Shown here: piece after piece, positions 39,901 to 53,800 of the stretch
Position numbering within the stretch: the stretch's first letter is position 1
Layout of the letters: the number at the start of each line of letters is the position of its first letter
NCBI GenBank assembly: GCA_051362555.1
Contig: CM120640.1
Span: 42,324,788 to 42,388,787, forward strand
DNA length: 64,000 bases
DNA from: Lingula anatina
Taxonomy: Eukaryota; Animalia; Brachiopoda
Direction of reading: 5' to 3'
Made by a program: the position numbers and the translations under genes
Notes under the pieces: generated by a model
Seen by the model: the letters and a program-made list of their open reading frames with translations, nothing else
Told to the model about the DNA's origin: nothing
The model's database searches: none

Positions 39901-42900
39901 TTACATCATACCGACAGTAAATGTCATTAAATGAATTGTTTTTTTTTTAAGATTAAGCACTAAAACAAGAAGCTCAGAGCATTTTTTACAAAATCATTAT
40001 CATTCAGCATCTATTTCTCTGCAATAGCCTCACAAAAAAGGAATGCTCATCTCAGATGCCCACTCACATTTACAGATTTTGTCTTCTTTTCAACCTTTGC
40101 AAAATACTGTCTACGCTGACTTAGATCATAGCTACAAGTGACTTCAAATCTTCAACTTCTTTATGATATTTCTTTACAAGGCAACAAAAATATAGACATA
40201 AAAATGTCTGAAGATCTAAAGGTCTGCAATATGTCAACTTGTCAAGTAAAACAGACAGCTATGGATTTCATACATATCTAATACCTCAACGTAATCAAAA
40301 TACTGTTAAGTATTAGCAGGGAAAATTTTCCAATTGTTTGAAACATAACATTTTACAAGTGTTTTGAAGTTTTTTGTTAAGACATAAATATGTGACAAAA
40401 ATGAGCAAACAAAAAGACCTCCATCTTATTCTAAATGTTCTGAAATTCATTCGGAGAGCATATGCCATATTGTCCCCTACTTGACAACCCAGCACAAGAG
40501 TCTGAGTCACACTTCATCCACCAAGTATGGTGAACATGACACCACAAGGCCATATCTGTAGAGCTTAGTTTCCTGGCACAGGAACAAGGCCAGTGTCACA
40601 AGCTGGTATTCCACTCCCATTATTTTCCCACTCTCCACACAAATCATATGCTGTCTCTGACCCATCTAGAACCTCTGTATGTTCACAAACATTGGTTTAC
40701 AATGACAACCATGTGTGTGTTGTATTGGGAATGCAGTACATATACCCACCATGATCTGGAGTTCCTTGCTTGTTGCCTGTCTGCTGTTCTGGCACTGCGG
40801 CTTGTTGGTGACTGTCCTAGTCTCAGTGTGGCAGAGCCGCTGCTGCCAGAGTTCAGTCAATAAATAATCATTGCCTTGCCCTGTCATTTACATTAGCCCA
40901 GCAGAGCAGTGACGCTCTGGCTGCATGCAACTTGAGACAAGAAAATTAAATTGGATTTTTGGATGTCAAGCTAATACCTTTGAAGTGCTGACACACCACA
41001 GTGTGGATATAGATGAACACAGTTCCTATGTCCTGCTTTAATTTCCTGACTGTGACACAATGATTATTTATGGTTGGTGAATTATTTCTGATCTTTCCTG
41101 GGAATATGTCACCCTGCGTGGCAATCAAGGCTGGCAATAAATCTACTAAGCCATAACGGTCACAATTAGAATTCAGACTATTGCTTGCCAAATCACACAA
41201 AACTGGCATTTGCACAGGCCACATGCATAGACAGCAGATAACAACGACTGTACATTGTCCTTTGCTTTTAATGAAAGTTTGTGTTATCTCAAAGAAAGAT
41301 TATGGAACTGCTGTTGTGTCCCAGACACTCTGTGATAACAAGACAGCAATGTCTTGTGACAGATTTCCACAAGCGAAATTGTATTTGCACATGTCAGGAA
41401 CTAAAGAGAATCCAAAAGACATGCCATTACAGGATTCATGAAGTTTTTGACAAATTTACTATTAATTACTGCTGACTTATCTGTTGTCATTTTAATCTCA
41501 AAGATAAAGCAGCTTTCAGCACCAGATGGAATTTGCTCATATTATGGCTCATTTTTCTCAGTATATAGCCTAATAAACCTGTCAAGAGGCCTTTATACAG
41601 CTGCAGCATTTTCATTACCATGTGGACATTATCATTTGCGACACCACTGACAAATTGGGGCCTAACCCCTAGAAAACATCAGATCAAAGTTGACCTAGGT
41701 TTTGTGCTAAAGACAAGGGTGTCAGGTTGCTGTAGAGAACTGCACAATGGGTTGATGATGACTTTATGGCAGACAGGCTGCTGAAACACAGACCAAGAGG
41801 CAAAGTTTAAGAAAAAATAAAACAATCATATAATCATTGTTTGTCATTAGGGAATAATATATATTTGGTGGAGTGTCACAATGCATGGAGCAAAGAAAAA
41901 GGGGGGGGGGAGAGAGAGGAGGGGGTGCAAAATAGTGAAGGTAATTTAGTGATTGCCATGGGAATGGTGTTTGACAGTCTTAGGGTGCTTTCCCAGAGAT
42001 TTAGTTCGATCTAAAGATTAAGTTTTAGAACGACCTAACTCCCTGGGGGTTCAGGCTAAATTGCAGTCAGCCGAGCAGACACCATAGTTAATTACCCCCT
42101 TACAGCTTTTAGTAGGTGGGACAGACGCTTAAGCCGGCCAAGCTGACAGTAATCTAGTGAGACTCCCCACAGGGATAGATCGATTTAAAAATCTATGGAA
42201 ATGGGGTGTAAGAAAAGTCTTATTGAAACAATACTCACTAAATACTGCACAAAAATATTAAAGGATTTGAAGAGATAAAGAGAGAGACAGATTTTATTTT
42301 ATTTGCCACTTTTCAAATTTGTAAAAAGAAAAAATAATTTTGGTTCTGGTCTTTTTAAAGTAGTTGAAATCTAAAGATCATGTCTTTTTTCTCGCATTTT
42401 TTTATGTTTAATATATTTTTCTAAAACTGTTTGCTTCAAGCATCAAGTTAAAAAAGAATGATAGCTTATCAATTTGTAAACTATCCTGCACACAAATTGT
42501 CTTTTTACCTTCAAGTAATTGTAAACAAAATTATGCATTTTAAGCAATTAAATGAAACAGAAAATAACATACTTAAAAATCACATATATTAAACTGGCAA
42601 CCTTGAGAACCATGCAGCATGTAGACTATTTTGTTCACTTTTATGACGAAAAATCAAATATGTGAAAAAATATCTAAGCACATGCCAGTGGACATTAATC
42701 TTTGTCCCAGCTGCATAGCCGAAGCAAATTTTTTTGAAAAAAGTGTTGATACTTTTAATTAATTTGATGCAAAGTGCTGTTAATGTATCTCTGATGATAT
42801 ATTAAATAACTGAAAAAAATGGTTCTCTCTCTCGTTTTTCTTTTAGCATTGGTTACAGTCCTGGCACAGATTCTCAATAATAATTTCTTTAAAAGACTGA

Positions 42901-45900
42901 AAACATGGCAGAGGACAAAACAAATTGTTCATTTATAACCAACATGAAAAAAGAAATCACCTGGGTCTTCTGTGATTAGACTTTGAATGATGTAGAATTC
43001 ATAAAAAACAAACTAATACAGGAGCAAACCTGATTGAAAACGACATTATTTCCAATATATGATATTGTCCTTGTTTCTTTTGATATACTTAAATTTATAG
43101 ACTGTTGACATTCCTTTCATGGAAGAGACCTGGCATCTCTAAGGCATAACTGTAATCACAGAAATATTTTTCCATTAGAATGAAACCAACGCTGTATAAA
43201 TACATGTTCCTACGATACTTGATATTCTACCAAATCAATCTGACAATTCATGTGCAGCACATTAGCAACCCTTCTTCCCTCACATTTCAGTGACAATTAG
43301 CCATTTTGCAAAATTCAGCATGGAATATCTTATTAGAATAATGAATATCAAACACTCAATTAATTCTATCATTAAGAGCAACACGACTCCTAAACAGCCA
43401 CTAAATTAATTTCAAAAATCCTATTCATCAAAATGTCTCTGACTTACAAGGCCTTGCTATTGTAATTAATACCATTTGACAAATTGTGAATCCCATTTGT
43501 TCTAGTCCAATTAATCGTAAAAGCCATGTGTATACAACAGACACTACTTAAGAAGGTGAACTGTATGAGCAATGATCCTTGGAGCTTTCACCACTCAATA
43601 TCTAATGTATATTGAAAACATGTCATTTTTGACCCAAGAATTTATTGCAAAAGACAGCATCCGCTCAGAAAAAAAAAAACTCCCTCACCTATTAAGTCTG
43701 CAAATATACCTCTGATCTACATTCCAGTGAAATAAGGAAAGGAAATAAAAAAGCTAAAACCATGGGTCACTCACTGGGACTTTACTGAACAGGTGAAAAT
43801 GTAATCTGAACAAGTAGATAAAAAAGACAAATAGTATTACTTCCATCTAGGCCTGTCTATTTTCCACACGTTAGATTGACTAGGAAAACTTGGAAAAAAA
43901 AAAGCACAGATCACCAAGTCAGTACCTATAACAATGCATGTCATTTTTCCAGAACAGTGCATCAATTTCAGACACTGCCATGTCACATCTGTGTTTGGGA
44001 GACTATAACAGGCTTCAAATTGAATTTTCCCCAAAGCCCGCAATGTTCAGTGTTTGCTGTAAATTACAGTTGCAGAAAATGTAGCTTGATTATTGACCAA
44101 AACTGAAATGCCTCCCCGGGGAATTCTCTCATACATGAACATAGCCAGACCCTCTGGAGACAACTCTTTGAAATCATGGCTCATGTCCGAAGTGCAAAAT
44201 TCATCAAGTACCTGATCTAAAATACACTAATTACCTGCTTCAAATAAATGATTAAGTATTTTTTCACTTGATGACCGTCCTTTATTCACTGGTGAATTAT
44301 TGTGACACCCATTTTGTGAACTGGTTATGGTTATTTAATAAGTGTTCAGCTCACAGATGGGCCAAGTCTGTATCTATAGACATATTTAGAAGTTTGTAAC
44401 CCAATCACTACAGGGAGAAACAGAAACAGAAGTTGTGATGGTATCACAGACACACGAGGTTTCCAGGTACTTGGGTTTGCCAATAAGACAATCAAATCAG
44501 TTCCAACTGTCCAATGATAGACACTGCTCCTCCTTCCACTCCTGGCTGCTGGGACGGGAACTTATATGGTTACCAATACAAGACTGTCCTACTGGAAACA
44601 AAACACAGTAGGTCCGGGGAGGAATTTCTAATGACACAGGAGACCAAATGCGATTTTCACATACACAATTAGGTCTGGTTAAATCAATAGAAGGACTGTG
44701 CTGCCATGGGTTCAGAGAACATTCAAAAGCCATATGGTATTACTAATAAGGATACAGCTGTGATTAAACTCCTCTGGTGTCAGTAAATACAGATAACTGG
44801 TCTCCCCTGACAATTCTAACTACAGGACATTATTTCTTTGGCTAGGTGAAAGAGCAGCCAAAAGGATTATTTATGTGCAATTATTTTGCCTGGTTCCCAA
44901 TATCGGGGGAAAATATGCCGCAGCTGTGCTAACCTTTTGAAGTCTCCCTGACGTAAATACACCAACCCCATGCTATTGATCACGACATGTGCAAATGCTA
45001 CGAAGGGTCATCTTAGAAGACAACAATTATGAACCAAGAAGATCCCAGGATAAAATCACTCAAGACACCTCTTGGCATTTACATGGCCAATAAATGGCCA
45101 TGTTGGATCATTCTGCAAAATAAGCTGAGATGGATTTACCTGGCTTTGGTCAATAGGCAAACTTGTGTGCTCCCCCACCCATATATAGGTGCCATAGCAT
45201 TGAAACTGTATATATAATAATGATAATAATAATACTAGTAGTTTTTTTCTAGTACTAATTGGTGTTTGATATATCTATCTACTGCAAACCCTTACAAACT
45301 GTGTAATATTAAGGAATGCAGAAATGTTCTTGAACTAAAAAATTCATTTTTTTCTGTATTATAGATGTCATATGCACATCACTACAAAGAAAATTTAGAT
45401 GTCTGTCTACTCATCTCTTACTCTATAAAACATACTTGACACATTAATCATCATTTACTATCTAAAATGCATATGTATATAAATCTTGCATAACATAATG
45501 ACTGAAAGTGGTGACTGTCAGACCATGAATTTATATACAAACAGGCCTGTATATGCACGCATACATACTCGACTGATTTTGTATCTGAACACATCTTTTA
45601 TGACAGTTAACTCCTTTAAAATTAATAAAGATCAGAAATATTTTTGAAAGAATATATTTCACCTTCTTTTAGTTAAATAAGGAGACATTTATGTTTTACA
45701 GAAAAAAATGTAACATATAGGCTAAGGGGGGATAAAACAATAATTACTTACATATTGAAACAATACTTATTTATGTTTAACTTATCACGGTGAATATTTG
45801 CTTATACAATTTTAACATTATGTTCAGAAATTAACAAAAATAATATTCAAATGCAGACAAAGGTGTCATATATTTTTGTACAAATAACAGATATTTTCAA

Positions 45901-46740
45901 TCTGTACTCAGTCAATACTTGGCCCCATAACATTATAATGTCCATAAATTGTAAGTTTTATCAGATCTTTATTCAAACTGACAAACTGAGCACCACTTGC
46001 ATTAATCAAATCTTGAGACCCAGATGTCTGACAGAAAAACGTTTAATTTTGTAAGGTCTAATGATTGGCAAAATACATCAATTGTAGATGCTCAGCAAAA
46101 AAATTGCTAAATATCATAATGTCTTATTAATGTTTTTTCTTTCTCTTTCGTTTATATTTATTTACTTAAAAATCAATTGAAATGATGGACTGAAATGGTA
46201 TAAATGATGCTCAGTTGAAGACAATGCCTGTGGAATTAAAAAAGGGGATCTTCTTTAAAGGGCACAGATATGTGGTGAGGTCTCCCTGGATTGACCTTAA
46301 ATCCATTTCAACAATACATAGTAAGCATACAACTTTCAGTTTTAAGTTTTCTTTTCTATTTATTCATTCTGTTGATAAACTTTAAGCGAAATAATAATAA
46401 TAATATCACTCACACACATTAAAATAAAAGAACAACATCCATCATTTCATAATTTCTATTGGATCTCGGGGTTCTTGTTTTGAAACTAAAACCGCACCCT
46501 GAAAATGAAAGTACATAAGGGAACTCTTCTCTGTATATACAGACGAACGGGATACACTCATCTTGTGCCCGCGTTCATGTAATCCAGAGAAAGGGAACTT
46601 CATAACAGTTGAGTGGTCTTATAATGAATTATTCAAATATATTCACACACATTGGAAATATACATATAGTTCTGAATCGACAACATTTCGTAGAAATAAA
46701 CACGTCGTCTGTTGTCACATTCACAACTTACCGCCGCCAT
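16230..46740 (-). CDS. BNC2: Basonuclin / disconnected-family C2H2 zinc-finger transcription factor, 4 coding exons, about 1036 aa
   Basis: Exons: 46740-46732 (MAA, gtaagt donor; least certain), 26329-26224 ([35 protein letters not shown]), 20251-20013 (ALDKL...[29 protein letters not shown]...YARGYILQ), 18986-16230 ([10 protein letters not shown]...[10 protein letters not shown]; three separated finger pairs, the first [22 protein letters not shown]...[23 protein letters not shown]; NLS-like RINRRKS). All phases compatible. Probably a pro-orthologue of BNC1/BNC2. Confidence 0.93.
27293..27418. repeat. Diverged two-copy tandem duplication, period about 72 bp
   Basis: tttacatcacaagacac...caatta(c/g)tg(c/t)tacct occurs at about 27293 and 27364. 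Confidence 0.75.
30930..30971. repeat. (AAT)n microsatellite
   Basis: Direct read. Confidence 0.95.
39056..39220. mobile_element. 165-bp MITE with 15-bp TIRs and a 5-bp TSD (hAT5-like)
   Basis: Perfect TIRs caggcctgtagccag (39056-39070) / ctggctacaggcctg (39206-39220); ggcct on both flanks (39051-39055, 39221-39225); internal aaaaggtccact twice. Confidence 0.85.
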
Positions 46741-47759
46741 CCTTGTTATTGGCGTAAATGGGTACGATTTTTACGAAAGATTTAATCATAAAGTTTTATA
46801 GGTACATACATAAGTAAAAAATGTTATCTGCAAAGAAGCCATATTTGACATCTAGTTTTTTCATATCTTACCTGTATTGGTATTTGATGCTAGATCTTAC
46901 GACAACTAGTACCGCTTTATGTTTAAAAGAGGCTGATTTGAAAATCACAGAAGTGTAAACACGCTTTCAAAACATACACGCTATGGGCGGTAAGAGTTTT
47001 AGTGTTAAGTCGTATTATGCATTGATACATTTCGCATTTTACTTGTAGATTAATGTTTTATCCCTCTTATTACCTAAGCTTAATAGATAAATTTCACAAT
47101 CTCACTCTTTCCACTCTTCAGACAGTAATCCCTGTAGAACTAAAAAGTTGACCTACAGTGTAATGATCGAACGTCAAACCAACAAAAAGATCTTATGTTA
47201 GGACTTCACATTAGATATAAGGCCAAACCAAATAATCTTAATTGAATGCCTGCAGTTTCTTAAACAAATAAACAGTAACCAAGCGAAAATAGGTAGTAGA
47301 AAACCATTTAAATAAGTTGTCATAATTTTGAACAATTACATCTTGGACATAATAACGTTATGTCCAAGATTACATCAACTGCAAGCACTAGTTCTGCATA
47401 TGTATGTCTTAAACAAGGATTAGGCTTCTGTCACTTTCTGTTGCCCCATGCTATTGACTTCAAGACTAATATCCGTGAATAAGAACTAAACAAAGCCAGT
47501 ATATCTTTTGGCTACTCTGAACATTGGTATTTATTGAAATGTTATATGCTGCTTAGCTACTGATCAACATTTTTCTCTTATTCAGTGAAGACTTGGACCC
47601 ATCATACATATATGGTGGGTCTACGGTGCAGATGAACAACTTGCCAGTCACTATGTTGTGTAAATTTAATGATTTGCATTAACACACATGTTACTGTACA
47701 TAATTTCTTTTTTAAAAGGGAATAGATGTACATACATTCGAACATTATATTTATTGCAG
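46741..47759. promoter_or_regulatory. Divergent promoter and 5' UTR region of basonuclin / centlein
   Basis: About 1.07 kb between the predicted divergent ATGs (46740 minus, 47806 plus); CpGs retained at about 46480-47200; the CNTLN ATG exon has an acceptor at 47759, implying an upstream non-coding exon. Confidence 0.6.
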
Positions 47760-47805
47760 GTTAAATCAAGTGTCCCAATTGATTTAAAGAAAGATATCCA
47801 GAATC

Positions 47806-50800
47806 ATGGAACTTCAGCGTGAGAAAGGTAATTTTAAACTTAAAGACAGTTTGGACTACAAAATATTTAGCACAAACACTTTCTTATTTGTCACATACTC
47901 TGGGGTATGCAGTACACTCTTGTATTTTGTTAAGCATTGATCAATACATTGATGTCTGAGTGTCTCACATTTCAAATGAAAAGACTGAGGTACTCAATAT
48001 AATGTTTTTTTCACAGCTGCACTGGTGCCTATCTTCCCCCAGCTCCACACTACAAGACTCCAATGACTGACTTTGATGTTGACTTATATTCAAGTTCTCA
48101 GACTTGTATTGCATTTCAACTGTGCTCACCTAACATACAATCATACCTGTGACAGTCTTGTCATAGAGTTTCCTCTAGATAAAAAGATTAAATACACATG
48201 TCAGTTGTTTCAATTTCAAAATGGTTATGTGATTCGAGAGTTACCTTTTAAAATCATTTTGATTAGGACATTCAAGTCACAGACATGATAGTGACCATGA
48301 TTGTAATTTTGAGCACAGCTGATGTTTATACATCCTTTTCATTTCAGATGCTGAGATTGTGAGGCTTAGAGCCGAAAATGATGCCCTGGCAGATGAGCTT
48401 GCACAGTGTCAGGTAAGGCACTATAACCAGCTTTTCTGTATTCAGCTCAATGCCAGGAGGAGGGGTGTTAATTTGCTAATCTGATTGCATTCAGCGAGAT
48501 TCCCCACAGAGTTGGTTTGATATACATGGACCAATAGTTTCTTGGGGAATGAGCCCTAAGTCCAGGTTCTTATTGTATTGCAGGGAGATAAAGAATTTGT
48601 GTGGTCCCTGTGGAAGCGTCTCCAGGTTGCCAATCCAGATATCACTCAGGCTGTCAGCATGGTTGTACAGAGGTGAGTTAGTAGCTGCATTCAGATCTAC
48701 ACTATTTTACTTCGTCAGACTGCCAGATTACAGAGTGGATTGTGCCTAAGACTGTTTGAATGCAACTCAGTGCCTGTAAAACAGCAGGGGGTGGGGTGGG
48801 GGTGGGGGGGCTGATGGTGATCACTTCTCTTTCAGGATTTTGTGAATGATGTACCGTAGGTACTAAACTAAGGTCATTTTCACATGGAGTTACCTGGCTG
48901 TGTCAAGTTCAGGGGCTTCGTTTAGATATTAGGTTTCCAAGCTCTCAAACAGGGGCAGCACTGAAAATTGTACCACATGAAGTGTAAAAGGCCTAATCTT
49001 AATGCACTGCCAGTGTTGTTCTACAAAAGATGATATATTTAAAAATTCAGTAATTAAGTGAAATTGAATGATTATCCATGTCCTTTGTGTATGATCTTTT
49101 TCCAATAAATTTGGAAGGTGATTCACGTTTTTGTTTTTTTTTCTTTTTGATATTTAGGAAATGGACTGCCACACCTTATATGATAGTTTTTGTTTGAGTT
49201 TGGAAATATAAGCTGTGTAATATAAGAAGTATGTGGATTAACTTTTCTAGATAAAATTATTAAGCATTTTATATTAATCATTTTTTTTGGTCTTTGTTAC
49301 ACATGTATTAAAAAGTGTCAAATACTCTTAACTATCCCTAGTCATACATTGATTTATCTGTTCTTTCCACTGTGTTTCCTGCCTCACTGAACTGAACATC
49401 TTTAATTAAAAGAAAAATTGTCACAGAAGAAGTAGGAACTTCCGCCCAGTTCAAACTGAACTGCAGGACTTGAATTAAAGGGAAAAAATGTCACAGAAGA
49501 TGTTGGTTCTTCCGCCCAGATCAGTCATGGACCTCATTCTTTGTGTGGTACATGTCATATTGTCCTTGCTGAACTATCTCCTCTAGTCTAGTGTTCCTGA
49601 GTTGTGATTTCCCCAATTGCAGCATTGCATGTCACCGGGGTACACCGTCACAGTGCACTGGAGCCACCGGGAATACAGACACAGGGTTCACCCAAGACTG
49701 ATCAATAGATTTTTCCATCAAGAAATGAATTAATTACTGTTCTTTTTGCACCTTAACAGGTGAAGTCATAATTGTCCTATGCTGCTGGTAATTCACATTT
49801 TATGAGTTAAAACGGAGATCGCATGTGACATGTGTCCTTTCCAGTTCCAGTCAGCCCTTTGTACACATACTGGGAGGGAAATGTCCTTATTGCATGTTGT
49901 TGTTTTTTCCATGACATTTCTAGGGAGAGTCATAATTGTATTTTTGTTACTTGGTACCCAGTGACATTTGATGCATTGTCCTCATATTTTAAAGTGTACT
50001 TTTACAGTTGAGATTGGACAGAGGTGAGGGTGTGTATGTACATTTGGGGATTTCACACTTTCAAGATAGTTATGACTCATATGTCAGAAGTGGTTGGGAG
50101 GGGGTTGATGATGTTTGATTGAAAACATTGTTGCACACACATGGATGTAATATCACTGTGTGACAAAGTCAGTTGATAGTTGTGCTTGAGAGAACACCCC
50201 ATTTATTTTTATTACCCTTCAAATTGCACATAAATTGATGCAAAATTGTCAATATTATGTATATATGTGTGTGTTCATAGAAAAGTCCCATTTTAAAATC
50301 TTAAAGATCATGATCATTGGATACAAAAAATAACTAAAATGATTAACTATATATGGATGTAATAGAAGAATGGAAAAATTACATTCGGATAAATTTATTA
50401 ATGTACTCAGTTAATATTAATTGATTAATGCATCATCATTGAAAGTGCAATGAGAGGGATTTGTATACATCTTTTTTAGTGAATAGTGGTTAATGGTTAT
50501 AGAAAGCACATCCAACATTACAACAAAATGTGTGCATGATTGTTCTTTACTATTTTGTTTTAGAGTTTTCTTGGTGTTCCACCTTTTGTTTAATAGAGTT
50601 GATTGGAGTAAGATGCAACTAAACGATGGAGGAGTTTCTCTCCTTGGCCTTTATTTGCCCTTTCTACAGAAGTAGGGTATGGGGGAGGGGGGGATGATTG
50701 AGTGCAGCTTTTAAGTAGAGGCTGCTGATGAAGGAGTCTCATTGAACACTTGTATATTGGAGTGGTAATAACTGTTGATTGAACTGTTTATTATTGCAAT

Positions 50801-53800
50801 TTACATGCATAACACAACCGATGAAAATTTTTGCCATATATTTTATATGATAGGTTTTCATTATAGGGAGAAAGAAAAGGCAGAGATTAAAGACCGTAAA
50901 GTATTAGAGATCCTTCAGGTCAAGGACACCAAGATTCGTCAGCTGGAGGGGACAGTGGTGACCCAGGGGCAGGAGTTGAATGCCATGTTACAGAGGTAAT
51001 ATTGGGTGAATAGTAAGGACAGATCAGGACCGGATCAGTGACCTGTCCAGTTTATGGGTCAGATCCAGTTAAACAGGCTGAAAGGCCACATTCAGAACAA
51101 GTTGACCTACAGACTAACAGATCAAATATGGCCGACCCACTTTTAAAATTAGAATGTAATATACCATGAGCATAAACATTTTCATAATTTATTCATTTTG
51201 AAGTAAATGAAATAACAAATTGGGTACACAAGGACAAAATTACCATCTTTTGAAAAGACATTTTTCCTCGTACACATTTTGGCAGTCAACACTGGCGTAG
51301 TATTGGTCTCTGGCACTGGTGTCTTCTGATTCACTTACTACTACTCCACTATCTTCCAGATCAGCAAGCATTTTGCTAGACTAACCCCAGATGTGTCAGA
51401 ACCCCTGTTCTGGCCAAAAGTTGTTTTAAGATAATTATCAATTTTTTTTTTCTAAAGATAAATGTTGTGTCGAGTCCAAGTGGCCTCTCAGTGGAAATGA
51501 CTGTCAAGTCAAGCATGCAGGAACATGACTGGAGTGCTGCAAAGTCTGCTCATTGATGGAATTAACACCTTGCAAATTACACTGTCTTTGATCTTGGTTT
51601 AAGTCATGCATACAGAAGAGACAATCAGTGGGCCACATCAGCCTCGTTTGCCAAAATTTTGCTTTTTTTTTTTACTTCACAAGTTTTGGCATAAGATAAA
51701 GGAAGTTTTTTATTCTATTGTAATATTTCACTTTTTTTCATAGTTGACAGTAGGGCATTATCAATGTTAAAATAAAATATGATTGTCTTTTCACCTCCTT
51801 ATATAACTGAAGTAATGATGGGAAATATTTTTTTTATTGTGTGATAAAGTATGATTTATTTTAAATATGCAAAGTGGAATTTTTTCAGAAGTTTGGAAAG
51901 TGATGTGATGATATTCTTCATACATTTGTTTTTATTGCTAATTTATTACTATTTCAGGAAAGTTGAGCTACAAAATGAACTGGATAATCTGGAGAAGGAC
52001 AAAACTATTCTGACTAGTAGGACTTCTCTACTTGAAGACAAGCTGCAGACACAGGAGAAGAGAGATGTGGAGAGAGATAGCTCATATCAGAGTAGACTTC
52101 AGCAGTTGAAGGAAGAGAAACAAGGTGTGTGCATGTGTGCGCGCATACTTGTGAATTCCTTATGGTGTATGTTTTTATGTGGACAGAATAAAGGATGACT
52201 AGCAGATAGATTTCTGGTTTTGATTTCATAATTTCATTATAAGAAATATTTTTAAATGCTGTATAGCCATTTCACTGACATTGTACTTGAAGGGAGATAG
52301 AGAGAGGGTGAAATGGTAGTTGTAGATGAGTAATATCTTTGATATGTTTTTGCATTGCTAGAACTGGCTGATCAGGTGTCTAAACTCCGCATGGAACTAC
52401 TGACTGTGAAAGGAGATAAAGCTGATGCTATTGCTGTCAAAGTAAACCAGGAAGACAAAATTAAGGTAACTCACCAGTATGTCATATTTGAAAATGACAA
52501 AAAGAAAATTTGGAATTTAAAACTTTTTAAAGATTAAGTCAAAACTTGAAAAGAATGGTAAAGGAAAAAATCTGAAGCAATCTCTGTCATTTATTTCAGG
52601 CACTTGAAAAGCAGTTGAAAGATGCAAGTTTAAGTTCTGAAAAGCAAGTGCAAGAGGTATACACTTGAATACATATTACACATACCATGACTGAAAATTA
52701 TTTGTTACATAAACTTGGCTAAGTTTCAGTTGCATCTAGAACCGTAAATTATGCTATCCTTTTAATTGCAGATGAAGATCTTTCTTAAGTTTTGATAAAC
52801 TTTTTAATTAATTATTGACTTATGTGGTGTTTTACTTTACAGTTCCTTTTTTTAAAGGTTTCAGATTTAAAAGCTACTTTGAATAGGTTGGAAGGTCAGG
52901 CACTTAACCACAGTAAAGTGGTGAAAGAGAAAAATAAGGAACTAGAGGCAGTTAGGTAGGGAGATACTTGGCATTGGCCATGAGCTGCAAGGAAAATTTA
53001 AGTTTTAAATTACAGCTCATGGCTGTGGCTGTTTTTCATAAAACATTTAAAATTGATAACTTACATGTGTAAGATGTATAGGTCATATGAATCATTATGC
53101 TGATACTCACAAATTTTTGAAATCCCAACAAAACAAGGTTGTGGTTAATGTCTGAAATATTTCTGTCAAGTTTTTAGATTTTTATAAGTGAGTATCATTA
53201 TGATAATCCATATGATCTGTAAATCAGTTAAATGGTCTGCCTAATTTCATCAGTTCAACAAGCTGAGATTTCATGGACATATATTATATTATACCAGATC
53301 ATAATGTTAGGGTTCAACCTGAACCATTTCCCTGAAAAAACTTGTCTGTTTTCATCTTGTGTCAACATACTGTAGTGCAGATTGAAATTAAAATTCGCTG
53401 AATTGGATTCTGATTCATAAATTTCATTATTAAGTTTTCTGAATAAAACAAACCTATTCATTTGGAAGATCACATTTCAGTGTGATAATTGGTCTTTAAA
53501 AAAATATGCTTTGTTGCCCAAATCTTAACATAACCTCTTACACATAGAAGATATATTATATTAGAGTTTTGTTTCATTTAAAAAACAAGGGTAAATAGGT
53601 AAAATTTTGTTTTATTTCTGTTTTATATATTTGTGTATATATTTGTATTCAGGCATGAGTTGTCAGAACTGTGGGAGAGCCACAACCAGTGTGGTGAGCA
53701 TGCAGCACAGCAAGCAGAACTTATAAGGCAGCTACAGACCCTGCAGCAGGATACACAGAGAAGTAAATGCAATGTAGAACTATTATATATAATAGCTACT

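Noticed and set aside
26900-46757. Numerous 60-125 aa ORFs in basonuclin intron 1 as a nested gene or transposase
   Set aside because: No coherent exon chain, domain motif or RT/transposase signature was visible.
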